Part shown: one piece after another, positions 1 through 6,801 of the stretch
How positions within the stretch are numbered: the first letter of the stretch is position 1
How the letters are laid out: each line of letters starts with the position of its first letter
Made by a program: the position numbers and the translations under genes
Notes under the pieces: generated by a model
Database searches by the model: none
The model's input: the letters and a program-made list of their open reading frames with translations, nothing else
What the model was told of the DNA's origin: nothing
Origin: a virus
Taxonomy: Duplodnaviria; Heunggongvirae; Uroviricota; Caudoviricetes
DNA: 8,561 bases
Strand: one strand, 5' to 3'
Virus record (IMG/VR): IMGVR_UViG_2778261354_000018
Coordinates: 1-8,561 of that record

Positions 1-264
1 ATGCTGCCGCAGCATAGCGATATTGAAATAGCCTGGTATGCTTCGATACAGCAGGAGCCGAATGGCTGGAAGACCGTCACCACACAGTTCCACATCCAGG
101 AATTCAGTGAGTATATTGCGCCACTGCAGGATGCTGTAGATCTGGAAATCGCAACGGAGGAAGAAAGATCGTTGCTGGAGGCATGGAATAAATATCGGGT
201 ATTGTTGAATCATGTTGATACAACAGTAGCAGCGGATGTCGAATGGCCAGTAGCCCCACAATAA
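1..264 (+). CDS. tfa: Tail fibre assembly protein (Tfa-like), C-terminal part; 5' end lies outside the window
   Basis: The C-terminal residues ([51 protein letters not shown]) closely match the conserved C-terminus of lambda Tfa / P2 gpG-type tail fibre assembly proteins as I recall them. The ATG at position 1 is probably internal and the ORF is open to the window edge. Stop TAA at 262-264. Confidence 0.8.
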   Translation: MLPQHSDIEIAWYASIQQEPNGWKTVTTQFHIQEFSEYIAPLQDAVDLEIATEEERSLLEAWNKYRVLLNHVDTTVAADVEWPVAPQ

Positions 265-270
265 AAAGAA

Positions 271-300
271 AAAGCCATCGACAGAAATATCGATGGCTTT
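271..300. terminator. Hairpin between convergent tfa (+) and acetyltransferase (-); likely intrinsic terminator, strongest for the minus-strand transcript
   Basis: Perfect inverted repeat AAAGCCATCGA (271-281) / TCGATGGCTTT (290-300) with an 8-nt loop. On the minus strand the stem is followed by a T-rich run (TTTTCTTTTTATT, complement of 258-270). On the plus strand the tail is only moderately T-rich. Confidence 0.6.
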
Positions 301-307
301 ATGTACT

Positions 308-880
308 CTATTTATACAATACAACACCGCTCTTTTTAGTTATATATGTGCAGTTAGACGGTATATCTTTATTTATGAAGGACATTGCACCAATTTTAAC
401 ATTATCGCCTATGGTGAAACCGGAACCAAGTATAAAACAATGCGCCCCAATGTCCACATTGTTACCAATAATCACGTGGTCATGTTCATTGCATGATTGA
501 CTGCGGCCAATCGTGGTGTTTTGCCTGATTGTTAGATTATCACCGATAATCGCTGTGCTGGTGACAACAATGCCTGTATGATGAAGAATTGTAAGCCCCT
601 TGCCAATTGTTAGCCCAAGGCCAAGATCGCATCCATATTCGTTAAGCAATCTACGATTGATTTTTTTTGCCGCTTTTTTAGTTAATTTACCTCCATGGAT
701 GAACATCTCGTTAGCCAGTCTCCACCAAAAAAGATAATTTCGCGATCGTGATCTTTTCTCTCTTAAAAGCCTCCATATGGTCATATTGTCACGACGTATT
801 ACTTCTGCTTTCCAGAATTTTTTTAAATCAGTAGAGTTTCCAAACAAAACAAAGTGAATAGCCATTAAGTAAGATAACAC
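308..880 (-). CDS. Hexapeptide-repeat (left-handed beta-helix) acetyltransferase, CysE/WcaB/NodL-like; AT-rich moron
   Basis: Tandem [LIV]-G-x-x-x-x hexapeptide repeats (IGDNLT IRQNTT IGRSQS ... IGNNVD IGAHCF ILGSGF TIGDNV KIGAMSF) and an overall WcaB/serine-acetyltransferase-like layout. Stop TAG at 310-308. Start is uncertain: GTG at 880-878 lies 6 nt downstream of an AAGGAG Shine-Dalgarno and is preferred; alternatives are ATG at 865-863 or the ORF-track ATG at 913, which has no SD and sits only about 12 nt from the predicted transcription start. Region is strongly AT-rich compared with the flanking tail genes. Confidence 0.8.
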   Translation of the reverse strand: MLSYLMAIHFVLFGNSTDLKKFWKAEVIRRDNMTIWRLLREKRSRSRNYLFWWRLANEMFIHGGKLTKKAAKKINRRLLNEYGCDLGLGLTIGKGLTILHHTGIVVTSTAIIGDNLTIRQNTTIGRSQSCNEHDHVIIGNNVDIGAHCFILGSGFTIGDNVKIGAMSFINKDIPSNCTYITKKSGVVLYK

Positions 881-931
881 GATAATCTCCTTAATTATTA
901 TTTCAGACCACAAACGTTATAAGGTTAAGAG

Positions 932-960
932 ATTATAAAATCCCGTTATTTGTTATTCAA
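932..960 (-). promoter_or_regulatory. Candidate sigma70 promoter for the acetyltransferase moron
   Basis: Read on the minus strand: -35 TTGAAT (960-955), 17-nt spacer, -10 TATAAT (937-932). Predicted transcription start near 925, upstream of the AAGGAG SD and the GTG at 880. Confidence 0.55.
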
Positions 961-998
961 AAACAATTATCTGATAAGGACAAACAACACTTCACCAT

Positions 999-1020
999 GA
1001 CGCCCTGACATCAGGGCGTC
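999..1020 (-). terminator. GC-rich hairpin immediately downstream of U; possible terminator of the tail operon
   Basis: Inverted repeat GACGCCCTGA / TCAGGGCGTC (999-1008 / 1011-1020), 5 nt after the U stop codon (1028-1026). The downstream U-tract on the minus strand is weak (ATGGTGAAGTGTTGTTTG), so terminator function is uncertain. Confidence 0.4.
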
Positions 1021-1025
1021 TTCAT

Positions 1026-1490
1026 TCACACAAGTACCGAAAGGTTATTAAGCGCCCCTTTAACGTTATTCGCCAGATCGCCAAGTGACGAGGACTGGAG
1101 GCGCTCACGCAAATCTTCATTCACACGCTGAAAGGTCACCGTAAACTCTATCTTCCTGGCCCTGCCATAGCGATCGAGTTCTGAGCGCGTGGTCTGTAAC
1201 GAGGTTATGACGTACATCCCGTAAATCTGCCCGACACCATCAATCAGTGGCCATGGACGCCCCGCATACGCCTGAGTTGTCAGTGCCGTAAGCGAGACTT
1301 CACCGCCTGTTATTTCCGGGTAGAGAAGACCGGAAAGCGTGATGGTATCGTCACCCGCACCGATATACTGCCAGCTTGCCGAGCGGTTGATTCGCTCGTT
1401 CTTTACATGCCGCCAGTTACGGGACTGCTGTATTTGTTGGTGTGGCAGTTTGCTTAGCTGAAAAACAAACATGCCGTAAATCATCATCAT
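1026..1490 (-). CDS. U: Phage tail protein U (P2 gpU family)
   Basis: Translation (MMMIYGMFVFQLSKLPHQQIQQSRNWRH...GAGDDTITLSGLLYPEITGG...) resembles P2 gpU as I recall it. Several clustered starts exist (GTG 1499, ATG 1496, 1490, 1487, 1484). ATG at 1490 is 8 nt after an AGGAG that overlaps the T stop codon (TAGGAG), so it is preferred. Stop TGA at 1028-1026. Confidence 0.85.
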   Translation of the reverse strand: MMMIYGMFVFQLSKLPHQQIQQSRNWRHVKNERINRSASWQYIGAGDDTITLSGLLYPEITGGEVSLTALTTQAYAGRPWPLIDGVGQIYGMYVITSLQTTRSELDRYGRARKIEFTVTFQRVNEDLRERLQSSSLGDLANNVKGALNNLSVLV

Positions 1491-1501
1491 AGCCATCACT
1501 C

Positions 1502-4354
1502 CTAATCACGATCGCGGAAGCTGTTTATGCCACCGGACTGTCTGCGAATTTCTTCACGTACCGCCTCCCCCACCATTCTGGCAAGGTCGCGCGGATTCTG
1601 TGTAACCACGTTATGAAGGTGAACGTGAATTTCCCCATCAAACACAGGCGACGGCGCAGGCGCAGATGCACGCGATGCCGAACCCGATGATGGCGAAACC
1701 GGTGCCCACTGCTTAACCTCCACAGGACGGGAAGTATCCGGGGAAACAACCGGAGACACGGGTGAAAGCGCTGGCACAGGCGGAAGCCCGGGGGCAACAG
1801 TCGGTTCATTCCACTGCCCACGAACGGCCAGCGCGCGGGGGAGATTTTTAAACACGATATCGCCGGGGCCGATACGCTTACGGGCTTCCTGAAGCATACC
1901 CGACGTATTGCCTTCGATACCCTTGAGCCTGCGAAGAACGCCACTGGTACCGTCGTTTATGACAGAAGGCTTGCCGCCATTTTCATCATTACCCCCTTTG
2001 CCTCCCTTATCTCCATTGCCATCAACTGGTTTGGTGATAATGGCATTAACATCACCCTGAAGCAGGGAGAGCTTGCCCTGAAGAAGCGAAGCCCGCTGTG
2101 CATCCTCAAGTTTCCGTCGCGCCCTTTCCGCTTCATCTGGCAACACGCCCAGTTTTTCCAGTACCCAGGCAAGCCCGTCCATCAGCGCCTTCATAGGTGT
2201 AAGTGCGAGCGATATCGCCCCGCTGAGCACGCGACCAAAAGTTTCCCCGGCCGATGTACACCGTTCAAGAGATTCATTACTGGCCTGAACCGGCGTGAGC
2301 AACCGGGTAAACCAGTCGAACACCGTGGACACCGCACCCGATACCAGATCAAACAGCGGCGCAAACTGCGCGATACTTTCACGAACAGGCGCAAGGCCAG
2401 CCCACAGCGCCCGGAATGTGCCGAGCATGAAGGCCTTAACCTGTTCCCAGTGACGCCATATGAGCAGCGCCCCACCGGCAAGGGCAGCAATCACGAGACC
2501 AACAGGACTGAGAAGACCGGCAAGCGCCCCGCCCAGCACCGAAAACGCACCGGATACCATCCCCCACAGTGCCGGAAGTCCGGACAGGCGAAGGACAAGA
2601 CCACTGACGCCGGTTGCAACGGAGGAAAGCCCGCCACCAAGAAGCGCAGAGCCAAGCTGAAGTTTTGCAAAAACCCCCGTCAGCAATCCACCACCGACAG
2701 ACAGCGCGCCTATGGCCGTTGTGGCCGCAAGCACGCCCCCCACGGTAAGGGTCAGTGTGCGTACAAGCTGCGGGTTTTCCTGAATCCACGACCTGAAACG
2801 TTCGCCCACAGAAGCAACAGCCTGTACAAGCTCGCGGATATCATCAGTAACCAGCGACACAACATCACTGCGTATACCGGAGAAGACGCCAGACAGACGA
2901 TCGGCATCACCGCCGAGGTTATCCCGCAGGACATCCCCCATTCGCCGGGCGGTTCCCTGAACCTGTCCCATACGGTCTGATACCGTTGCCAGCGAGCGGA
3001 GAAAATCCGGGATCTGGTCAACGGCAAGATCTTCAATGGGTGTGCCGAACAGCGCTATCGCCGCATTAGCCCGTTCTGCCGGATCCTGAATCTTCAGCAG
3101 CCCGGCAGCCGTTCGCTGCATTGCCTCGCGTGCAGCTGCGCCTCCGCTGGCAATCGCTGACGACATTCTTTCAGCGTTAAGACCAATCATCTCATAGGCT
3201 TCAACGCTTGCTTTGGACATATCCGAACCGCGAATACTGAATTCCTTGACGGCATCGCCGGTTTTATCCAGGGCGAATTTTCCCTGCTGTGCCATGCTGA
3301 CAAGCAGCGTCATGGTTTCAGAGCCGGAAAGCCCCATATTGCGGAAGTGCGTGGAATACTCATGCAGAATTTCAGGAAGTTCAGCGCGCATTTCGGCAGA
3401 CATTTTCTGCATCCCTGCCGCCATCAGGTCGACCGCCTCCCCGGCATTTGCGGCAAGCCCGTTTTTCAGCATGATTCCGGCAGCCTGAACCTGTTCAGCC
3501 ACACTACCGCCGGTGACCTGAGCAAGATCCAGCGCCTGCCGTGTCACCCGTTCGAGCTCTTCAGTCCCCACCGTACCCAGTGAGCCAAGCGTGCTTTGCG
3601 TCGCAGCTGCCGCCTCTGAAATCATCGCAATATCCGTTGCAACACCCGACGCCCGGATATTCTGAATCATCCGGCTGTAGCGCTGCCCGTCATCCGCACT
3701 GCCGCCACTCTGTGCCGCAATAAGCGCGCCCTGCCGTTGCTCTTCAACAACAGGCGCAACCGCATGTCCGGCGGCGTACAGACCAGCACTGCCCGCCGCC
3801 ATGGCAAACGCTCCGCGCTGGCTTAGTTTACCGGCGATATCATGAACACGATCGTAACGTTGCTGTGCCTGCGTGACGCGCGAAAGCTGAGCCTGCTGGC
3901 GTTCAAGCTGATCGTTGTATTCCTGCGTTCGCCTGATTGCTTCCTCCACAGCGCGGTTACTTCCGTCAGCCCGTATGCCGTGGGCTTCCAGTTCGCGACC
4001 GGCCTCCCGTAATCGGGACTGGTGAAGGGAGTACACAGTATTAAGGCGCTCAACCTTTGCGGTCAGCGCCCGGAGAGTTTCCTGCTGCTTTTCCGTCAGT
4101 GCTGTGCCGGTGCGCTGTGCTTCCTGAAGGCGCTGAAGTCGCGCACGCGCATCATTCAGACTGTTTTCAGTCGAAGCGACCTGCTGACGGGCACGGGAAA
4201 ACGCATCACTGCTTCGCTGGAGTGACTTAAGCGCGTTCTGTGTGGACGAAAGGGATTCAGAAAGCGCGCCGGTCATTTCCCGGGCGCGCCTGACAGGTTG
4301 AGTGAGACGGTCGACCGCAGTGAGGGCTACACGTATCTGGAGATTATTACTCAT
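1502..4354 (-). CDS. T: Tail tape measure protein (P2 gpT family), about 950 aa
   Basis: Long ORF with coiled-coil-like N-terminal region, central Gly/Ala-rich hydrophobic segments and a Pro/Ser-rich C-terminal region, sitting between E/E' and U as in P2. Start placed at ATG 4354-4352 (MSNNLQIRV...), which overlaps the end of the E' frame (gATGAGTAA). The ORF-track start at 4408 is an upstream in-frame extension. Stop TAG at 1504-1502. Confidence 0.9.
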   Translation of the reverse strand: MSNNLQIRVALTAVDRLTQPVRRAREMTGALSESLSSTQNALKSLQRSSDAFSRARQQVASTENSLNDARARLQRLQEAQRTGTALTEKQQETLRALTAKVERLNTVYSLHQSRLREAGRELEAHGIRADGSNRAVEEAIRRTQEYNDQLERQQAQLSRVTQAQQRYDRVHDIAGKLSQRGAFAMAAGSAGLYAAGHAVAPVVEEQRQGALIAAQSGGSADDGQRYSRMIQNIRASGVATDIAMISEAAAATQSTLGSLGTVGTEELERVTRQALDLAQVTGGSVAEQVQAAGIMLKNGLAANAGEAVDLMAAGMQKMSAEMRAELPEILHEYSTHFRNMGLSGSETMTLLVSMAQQGKFALDKTGDAVKEFSIRGSDMSKASVEAYEMIGLNAERMSSAIASGGAAAREAMQRTAAGLLKIQDPAERANAAIALFGTPIEDLAVDQIPDFLRSLATVSDRMGQVQGTARRMGDVLRDNLGGDADRLSGVFSGIRSDVVSLVTDDIRELVQAVASVGERFRSWIQENPQLVRTLTLTVGGVLAATTAIGALSVGGGLLTGVFAKLQLGSALLGGGLSSVATGVSGLVLRLSGLPALWGMVSGAFSVLGGALAGLLSPVGLVIAALAGGALLIWRHWEQVKAFMLGTFRALWAGLAPVRESIAQFAPLFDLVSGAVSTVFDWFTRLLTPVQASNESLERCTSAGETFGRVLSGAISLALTPMKALMDGLAWVLEKLGVLPDEAERARRKLEDAQRASLLQGKLSLLQGDVNAIITKPVDGNGDKGGKGGNDENGGKPSVINDGTSGVLRRLKGIEGNTSGMLQEARKRIGPGDIVFKNLPRALAVRGQWNEPTVAPGLPPVPALSPVSPVVSPDTSRPVEVKQWAPVSPSSGSASRASAPAPSPVFDGEIHVHLHNVVTQNPRDLARMVGEAVREEIRRQSGGINSFRDRD

Positions 4355-4894
4355 CGTTATGATTCCCGGCTCTGGCAGCCGCCCGCTCTCGCCAGGCAAC
4401 AACCTCACCAGGACTCATACCGAATATCTCTGCGGGCGACCAGTTAAAAACAACAGCGATATCAGCAACAAGCTCTTCGATATCGTCAAACAGGAGGCGA
4501 ATTACATCACACCCGTATTCATCTTTTTCTTGCCGGGCAAGGCCTTCGGCGCGAAAAAATGCGTGGCCGCCGTGGAAAGCGCCCCGAAATCCTCCGTGCG
4601 CATGGTCGACAACTCCGCTTCAGTGAGACGGGGCTCTGTAACACGAGCGAGATAAACGCACATCGCGTTAAAGTTCAGGTTGTACAGGTGAGCCAGAGAC
4701 AGACCACGCAGCGAACCACTCTGACGGGCACGCTCGCCAATCTTCACATGTGTAATAATCTGTTCGCCACGGATGACCGGGTTTGTTAATTCAATGAGCT
4801 CACCGTTATAGGCAACCTCATTACCATCAGCAGCATCGAAGTCGTCGACGTTATCAGCACCGACAACCGGCATTTCGTTTTGTTTTTTTGACAT
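4347..4894 (-). CDS. E': E+E' fusion made by programmed -1 ribosomal frameshift (tail assembly chaperone, long form)
   Basis: After the slippery site, the -1 frame stays open for about 68 codons (RAEGLARQEKDEYGCDVIRLLFDDIEELVADIAVVFNWSPAEIFGMSPGEVVAWRERAAARAGNHNDE) and ends at TAA 4349-4347, overlapping the T start codon. Frame arithmetic is consistent with a -1 shift. This mirrors the E/E' arrangement known in P2 and the G/GT arrangement in lambda. Confidence 0.65.
4502..4894 (-). CDS. E: Tail assembly chaperone E (zero-frame product)
   Basis: Position between FII and T matches P2 gene E. AGGAG Shine-Dalgarno 9 nt upstream of ATG 4894-4892. Contains the slippery heptamer T_TTT_TTC near its 3' end. 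Stop TAA at 4504-4502. Confidence 0.75.
   Translation of the reverse strand: MSKKQNEMPVVGADNVDDFDAADGNEVAYNGELIELTNPVIRGEQIITHVKIGERARQSGSLRGLSLAHLYNLNFNAMCVYLARVTEPRLTEAELSTMRTEDFGALSTAATHFFAPKALPGKKKMNTGVM
4553..4559 (-). other. Slippery heptamer T_TTT_TTC (X_XXY_YYZ) for the E/E' -1 frameshift
   Basis: Minus-strand codons CAT TTT TTC (4561-4553) in the E zero frame. Plus strand reads gaaaaaa at 4553-4559. Confidence 0.6.
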
Positions 4895-4939
4895 CGTGAA
4901 ATTCTCCTGGCGGCCACACGACCGCCGTCAGTCAGTTAA

Positions 4940-5452
4940 TCAGCCAAGCCCCAGCATGGAGCGGGTGCGGTCAGGCAACACATCCTTGCCATCAACGCGC
5001 CAGATGAAGTTCAGCACGTCGATTTCAATAACATCGCTGTTATCAACGCTGAGCTTGTACCAGGTGCATTTCATCGCGTAGGTATGTTCGGTATCCTCAC
5101 CCTGTTTGGCTTCGCCCTTGTCGATTTCGACAATGCGCCCACGGGCTTCAATATCGACGTACTCAATACCCTCTTCGGAATAGTATTCACCCGAGAAGCG
5201 CACACGTACCGCATCAATTCCGGCAGCATATTTGGCAAAGATGTGACGGTCCACGCCGCCAACCGCAAAGGAGAGATCCAGCGCACCGTCATCAAGACCG
5301 AGATCCACCGCCGCAGAGCCTGGCATACCCGCACCGCGATACGCTTCAGTCTTGCGGGTCAGCTTGGGCGGAGTGAAGGAGGTCACCTTACCCAGCTTGT
5401 TGTCACCGTCCACAAAGACGGTAAACACACGAAGTTTTTTTGGCACAGCCAT
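4940..5452 (-). CDS. FII: Tail tube protein (P2 gpFII family)
   Basis: Translation (MAVPKKLRVFTVFVDGDNKLGKVTSFTPPKLTRKTEAYRGAGMPGSAAVDLGLDDGAL...KQGEDTEH...) resembles P2 FII. GGAGG SD about 7 nt upstream. Its ATG (5452-5450) overlaps the FI stop TGA (5454-5452) as TGATG-type coupling. Confidence 0.9.
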   Translation of the reverse strand: MAVPKKLRVFTVFVDGDNKLGKVTSFTPPKLTRKTEAYRGAGMPGSAAVDLGLDDGALDLSFAVGGVDRHIFAKYAAGIDAVRVRFSGEYYSEEGIEYVDIEARGRIVEIDKGEAKQGEDTEHTYAMKCTWYKLSVDNSDVIEIDVLNFIWRVDGKDVLPDRTRSMLGLG

Positions 5453-6648
5453 CAGTTACCTCCTCCCAGAGATGCAAAAGCAGAACTGAAGAACTCGTCA
5501 GTAAACGTCTGATAAAGTTCCATGCACTCCATAGGCGGAACGGGGGTGTATTTGTAGCGAATACGCACAATACCCTGACGAAGGCTGGTTGTGTCGTTGT
5601 CGATGATATCGAACCAGCATTCCGCCCCGATAAGTTTTCCGGCCGTGACCAGCGCATCCAGTTTTGCCTTGATAGCGCTGATCGCATCCTTCGCGTTGGC
5701 TGGCGTCAACGGTGAATCAACCACCTGAAGCTGCGCCTCTGCGATAGTATCAGCCAGTTGTTGCGAGGTACGGGTGTACACCTCAAAGGTATATTCCGAC
5801 GTATCCGGCGTACGGTTACCCCAGAAACGGAAGGAGCCGTCACCCTGGTGAATAAGCGTGGTCACTTCGCTGTTATTCAGCGTATTGGCATCGCTGTTTT
5901 CATCCTGAAGCGACCAGGAGACAGGCACTGATAACCCAAGAACATTTTTCACAGGCATGTTGGAAAGCGAACGATGCCAGCCCTGTTCGTGGTCCAGTCG
6001 GGCACGAAGGCCGCACGCATACGCCGCAGCAGGGAACGTTTCGTTTTTACCTGACACCGGGTTGAAGGCGATAAAATCAGGCCACAGAAGCATGATTTCA
6101 CGCCCGGAAACCTTTTTGCGGAATGCAATGGCATCAGACGGTTTTGTGCAGCCGGGGCAGCCGGAGTACGCAAAAGCACGCATCTTTCCCGCCACCGTCA
6201 CTAGTGCCGCCGTAACGGCGTCAGATTCAAGGCCGGGCGCGGCAAGAATGCGCGGGCGGTAACCAATACCTTCCATCTGTTCAGCAACAAGAAAGGCCTG
6301 CATCCCTGAATAGCTGCCGTCTTCTTCCGTGGTACCAATGACAAGCTGATCCTGCGTTTTGTTTTCCGGGCCTTCCTGAGCTGCCGCCACGCGAACGACA
6401 ATTACCCGGGTGCTTACCTGGTCAGAAATAGCCTTAAGAGACTTGTAAAGGGTACCTGTTTCCCCGGCCTTGCCCAGAACCGAAGATACGCGGGTAAGCA
6501 GTACCGGCTTGTTAAGAGGGAACTGTTCGGCATCCGCATCATCTGCAACGGCAACAATACCAATGACGCTGGAATCAACGTCATTAATTGCCGTCACCAG
6601 GTCGGTATTTTCCCTGACGCGCACACCGTGAAATCGTGTTTCAGCCAT
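5452..6648 (-). CDS. FI: Tail sheath protein (P2 gpFI family)
   Basis: Translation (MAETRFHGVRV...DADAEQFPLNKPVLLTRV...GLRARLDHEQGWHRSLSNMPV...FRFWGNRT...YKYTPVPPME) resembles P2 FI sheath protein throughout. Start placed at ATG 6648-6646, preceded by GGTGA at 5-nt spacing. In-frame alternatives are ATG 6660 and GTG 6663. Confidence 0.9.
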   Translation of the reverse strand: MAETRFHGVRVRENTDLVTAINDVDSSVIGIVAVADDADAEQFPLNKPVLLTRVSSVLGKAGETGTLYKSLKAISDQVSTRVIVVRVAAAQEGPENKTQDQLVIGTTEEDGSYSGMQAFLVAEQMEGIGYRPRILAAPGLESDAVTAALVTVAGKMRAFAYSGCPGCTKPSDAIAFRKKVSGREIMLLWPDFIAFNPVSGKNETFPAAAYACGLRARLDHEQGWHRSLSNMPVKNVLGLSVPVSWSLQDENSDANTLNNSEVTTLIHQGDGSFRFWGNRTPDTSEYTFEVYTRTSQQLADTIAEAQLQVVDSPLTPANAKDAISAIKAKLDALVTAGKLIGAECWFDIIDNDTTSLRQGIVRIRYKYTPVPPMECMELYQTFTDEFFSSAFASLGGGN

Positions 6649-6723
6649 ACGATTCACCATCACTTGTGTTTAATCTCGCCTGAATAATCCACTACTGGCG
6701 GGCAGCCTTCACGTGATGCGGGT

Positions 6724-6741
6724 TGTGTGGATTTTTTTACA
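6724..6741. promoter_or_regulatory. TGT-N12-ACA dyad resembling the Ogr/Delta activator site of P2-type late promoters, in the divergent FI/D intergenic region
   Basis: TGTgtggatttttttACA at 6724-6741. Its centre (about 6732) is roughly 55 bp from plausible transcription starts in both directions: about 6788 for D, with a -10-like GATGAT at 6776-6781, and about 6677 for FI. A single match of this short motif could occur by chance, so this is a candidate only. Confidence 0.4.
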
Positions 6742-6801
6742 ACATAGCCGGACAGAAACGACAGGGTACGCGTGGGATGATACGCACACGGGAGGGGCAT
6801 C

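Noticed and set aside
1-3. ATG at position 1 as the true start of the tfa ORF
   Set aside because: The similarity is to the C-terminal half of Tfa proteins only, and the frame is open to the window edge, so the gene almost certainly begins upstream of the window.
243-500. Plus-strand ORFs 243..500 and 293..496 in the AT-rich island
   Set aside because: They overlap the acetyltransferase gene on the opposite strand and run through the terminator hairpin. Their translations are low-complexity and AT-codon biased.
1525-4225. Numerous ORFs of 60-176 aa in alternative frames and on the opposite strand inside the tape measure gene (for example 1525..1944, 2191..2490, 2436..2789, 2450..2980, 2752..3036, 3213..3488, 3347..3583, 3823..4053)
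   Set aside because: They are nested within a long ORF that has a clear tape-measure identity. GC-rich DNA generates long spurious open frames. Their translations are Arg/Cys/Pro-rich and low-complexity, with no recognisable family.
4523-4531. Second slippery-like run AAG_AAA_AAG in gene E as the frameshift site
   Set aside because: The preceding base is G, so it does not form a canonical X_XXY_YYZ heptamer, and it lies after the better T_TTT_TTC site. The -1 frame is open from the first site.
4302-4655. Plus-strand ORF of 117 aa spanning the E'/T junction
   Set aside because: It is antisense to the E/E' and T coding sequence, has no SD, and has no recognisable protein features. The minus-strand frameshifted E' explains this interval.
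4940-6663. Opposite-strand and out-of-frame ORFs overlapping FI and FII (for example 5071..5334, 5084..5512, 5403..5687, 5440..5715, 5949..6179, 5957..6262, 6201..6401)
   Set aside because: They lie entirely within the strongly supported sheath and tube genes and show no independent evidence of coding.
1024-6671. Shared 8-mer ACACAAGT near both ends of the inverted FI-U block, as possible inversion-site repeats
   Set aside because: Too short to distinguish from chance. No longer inverted repeat flanking the block was seen by eye.
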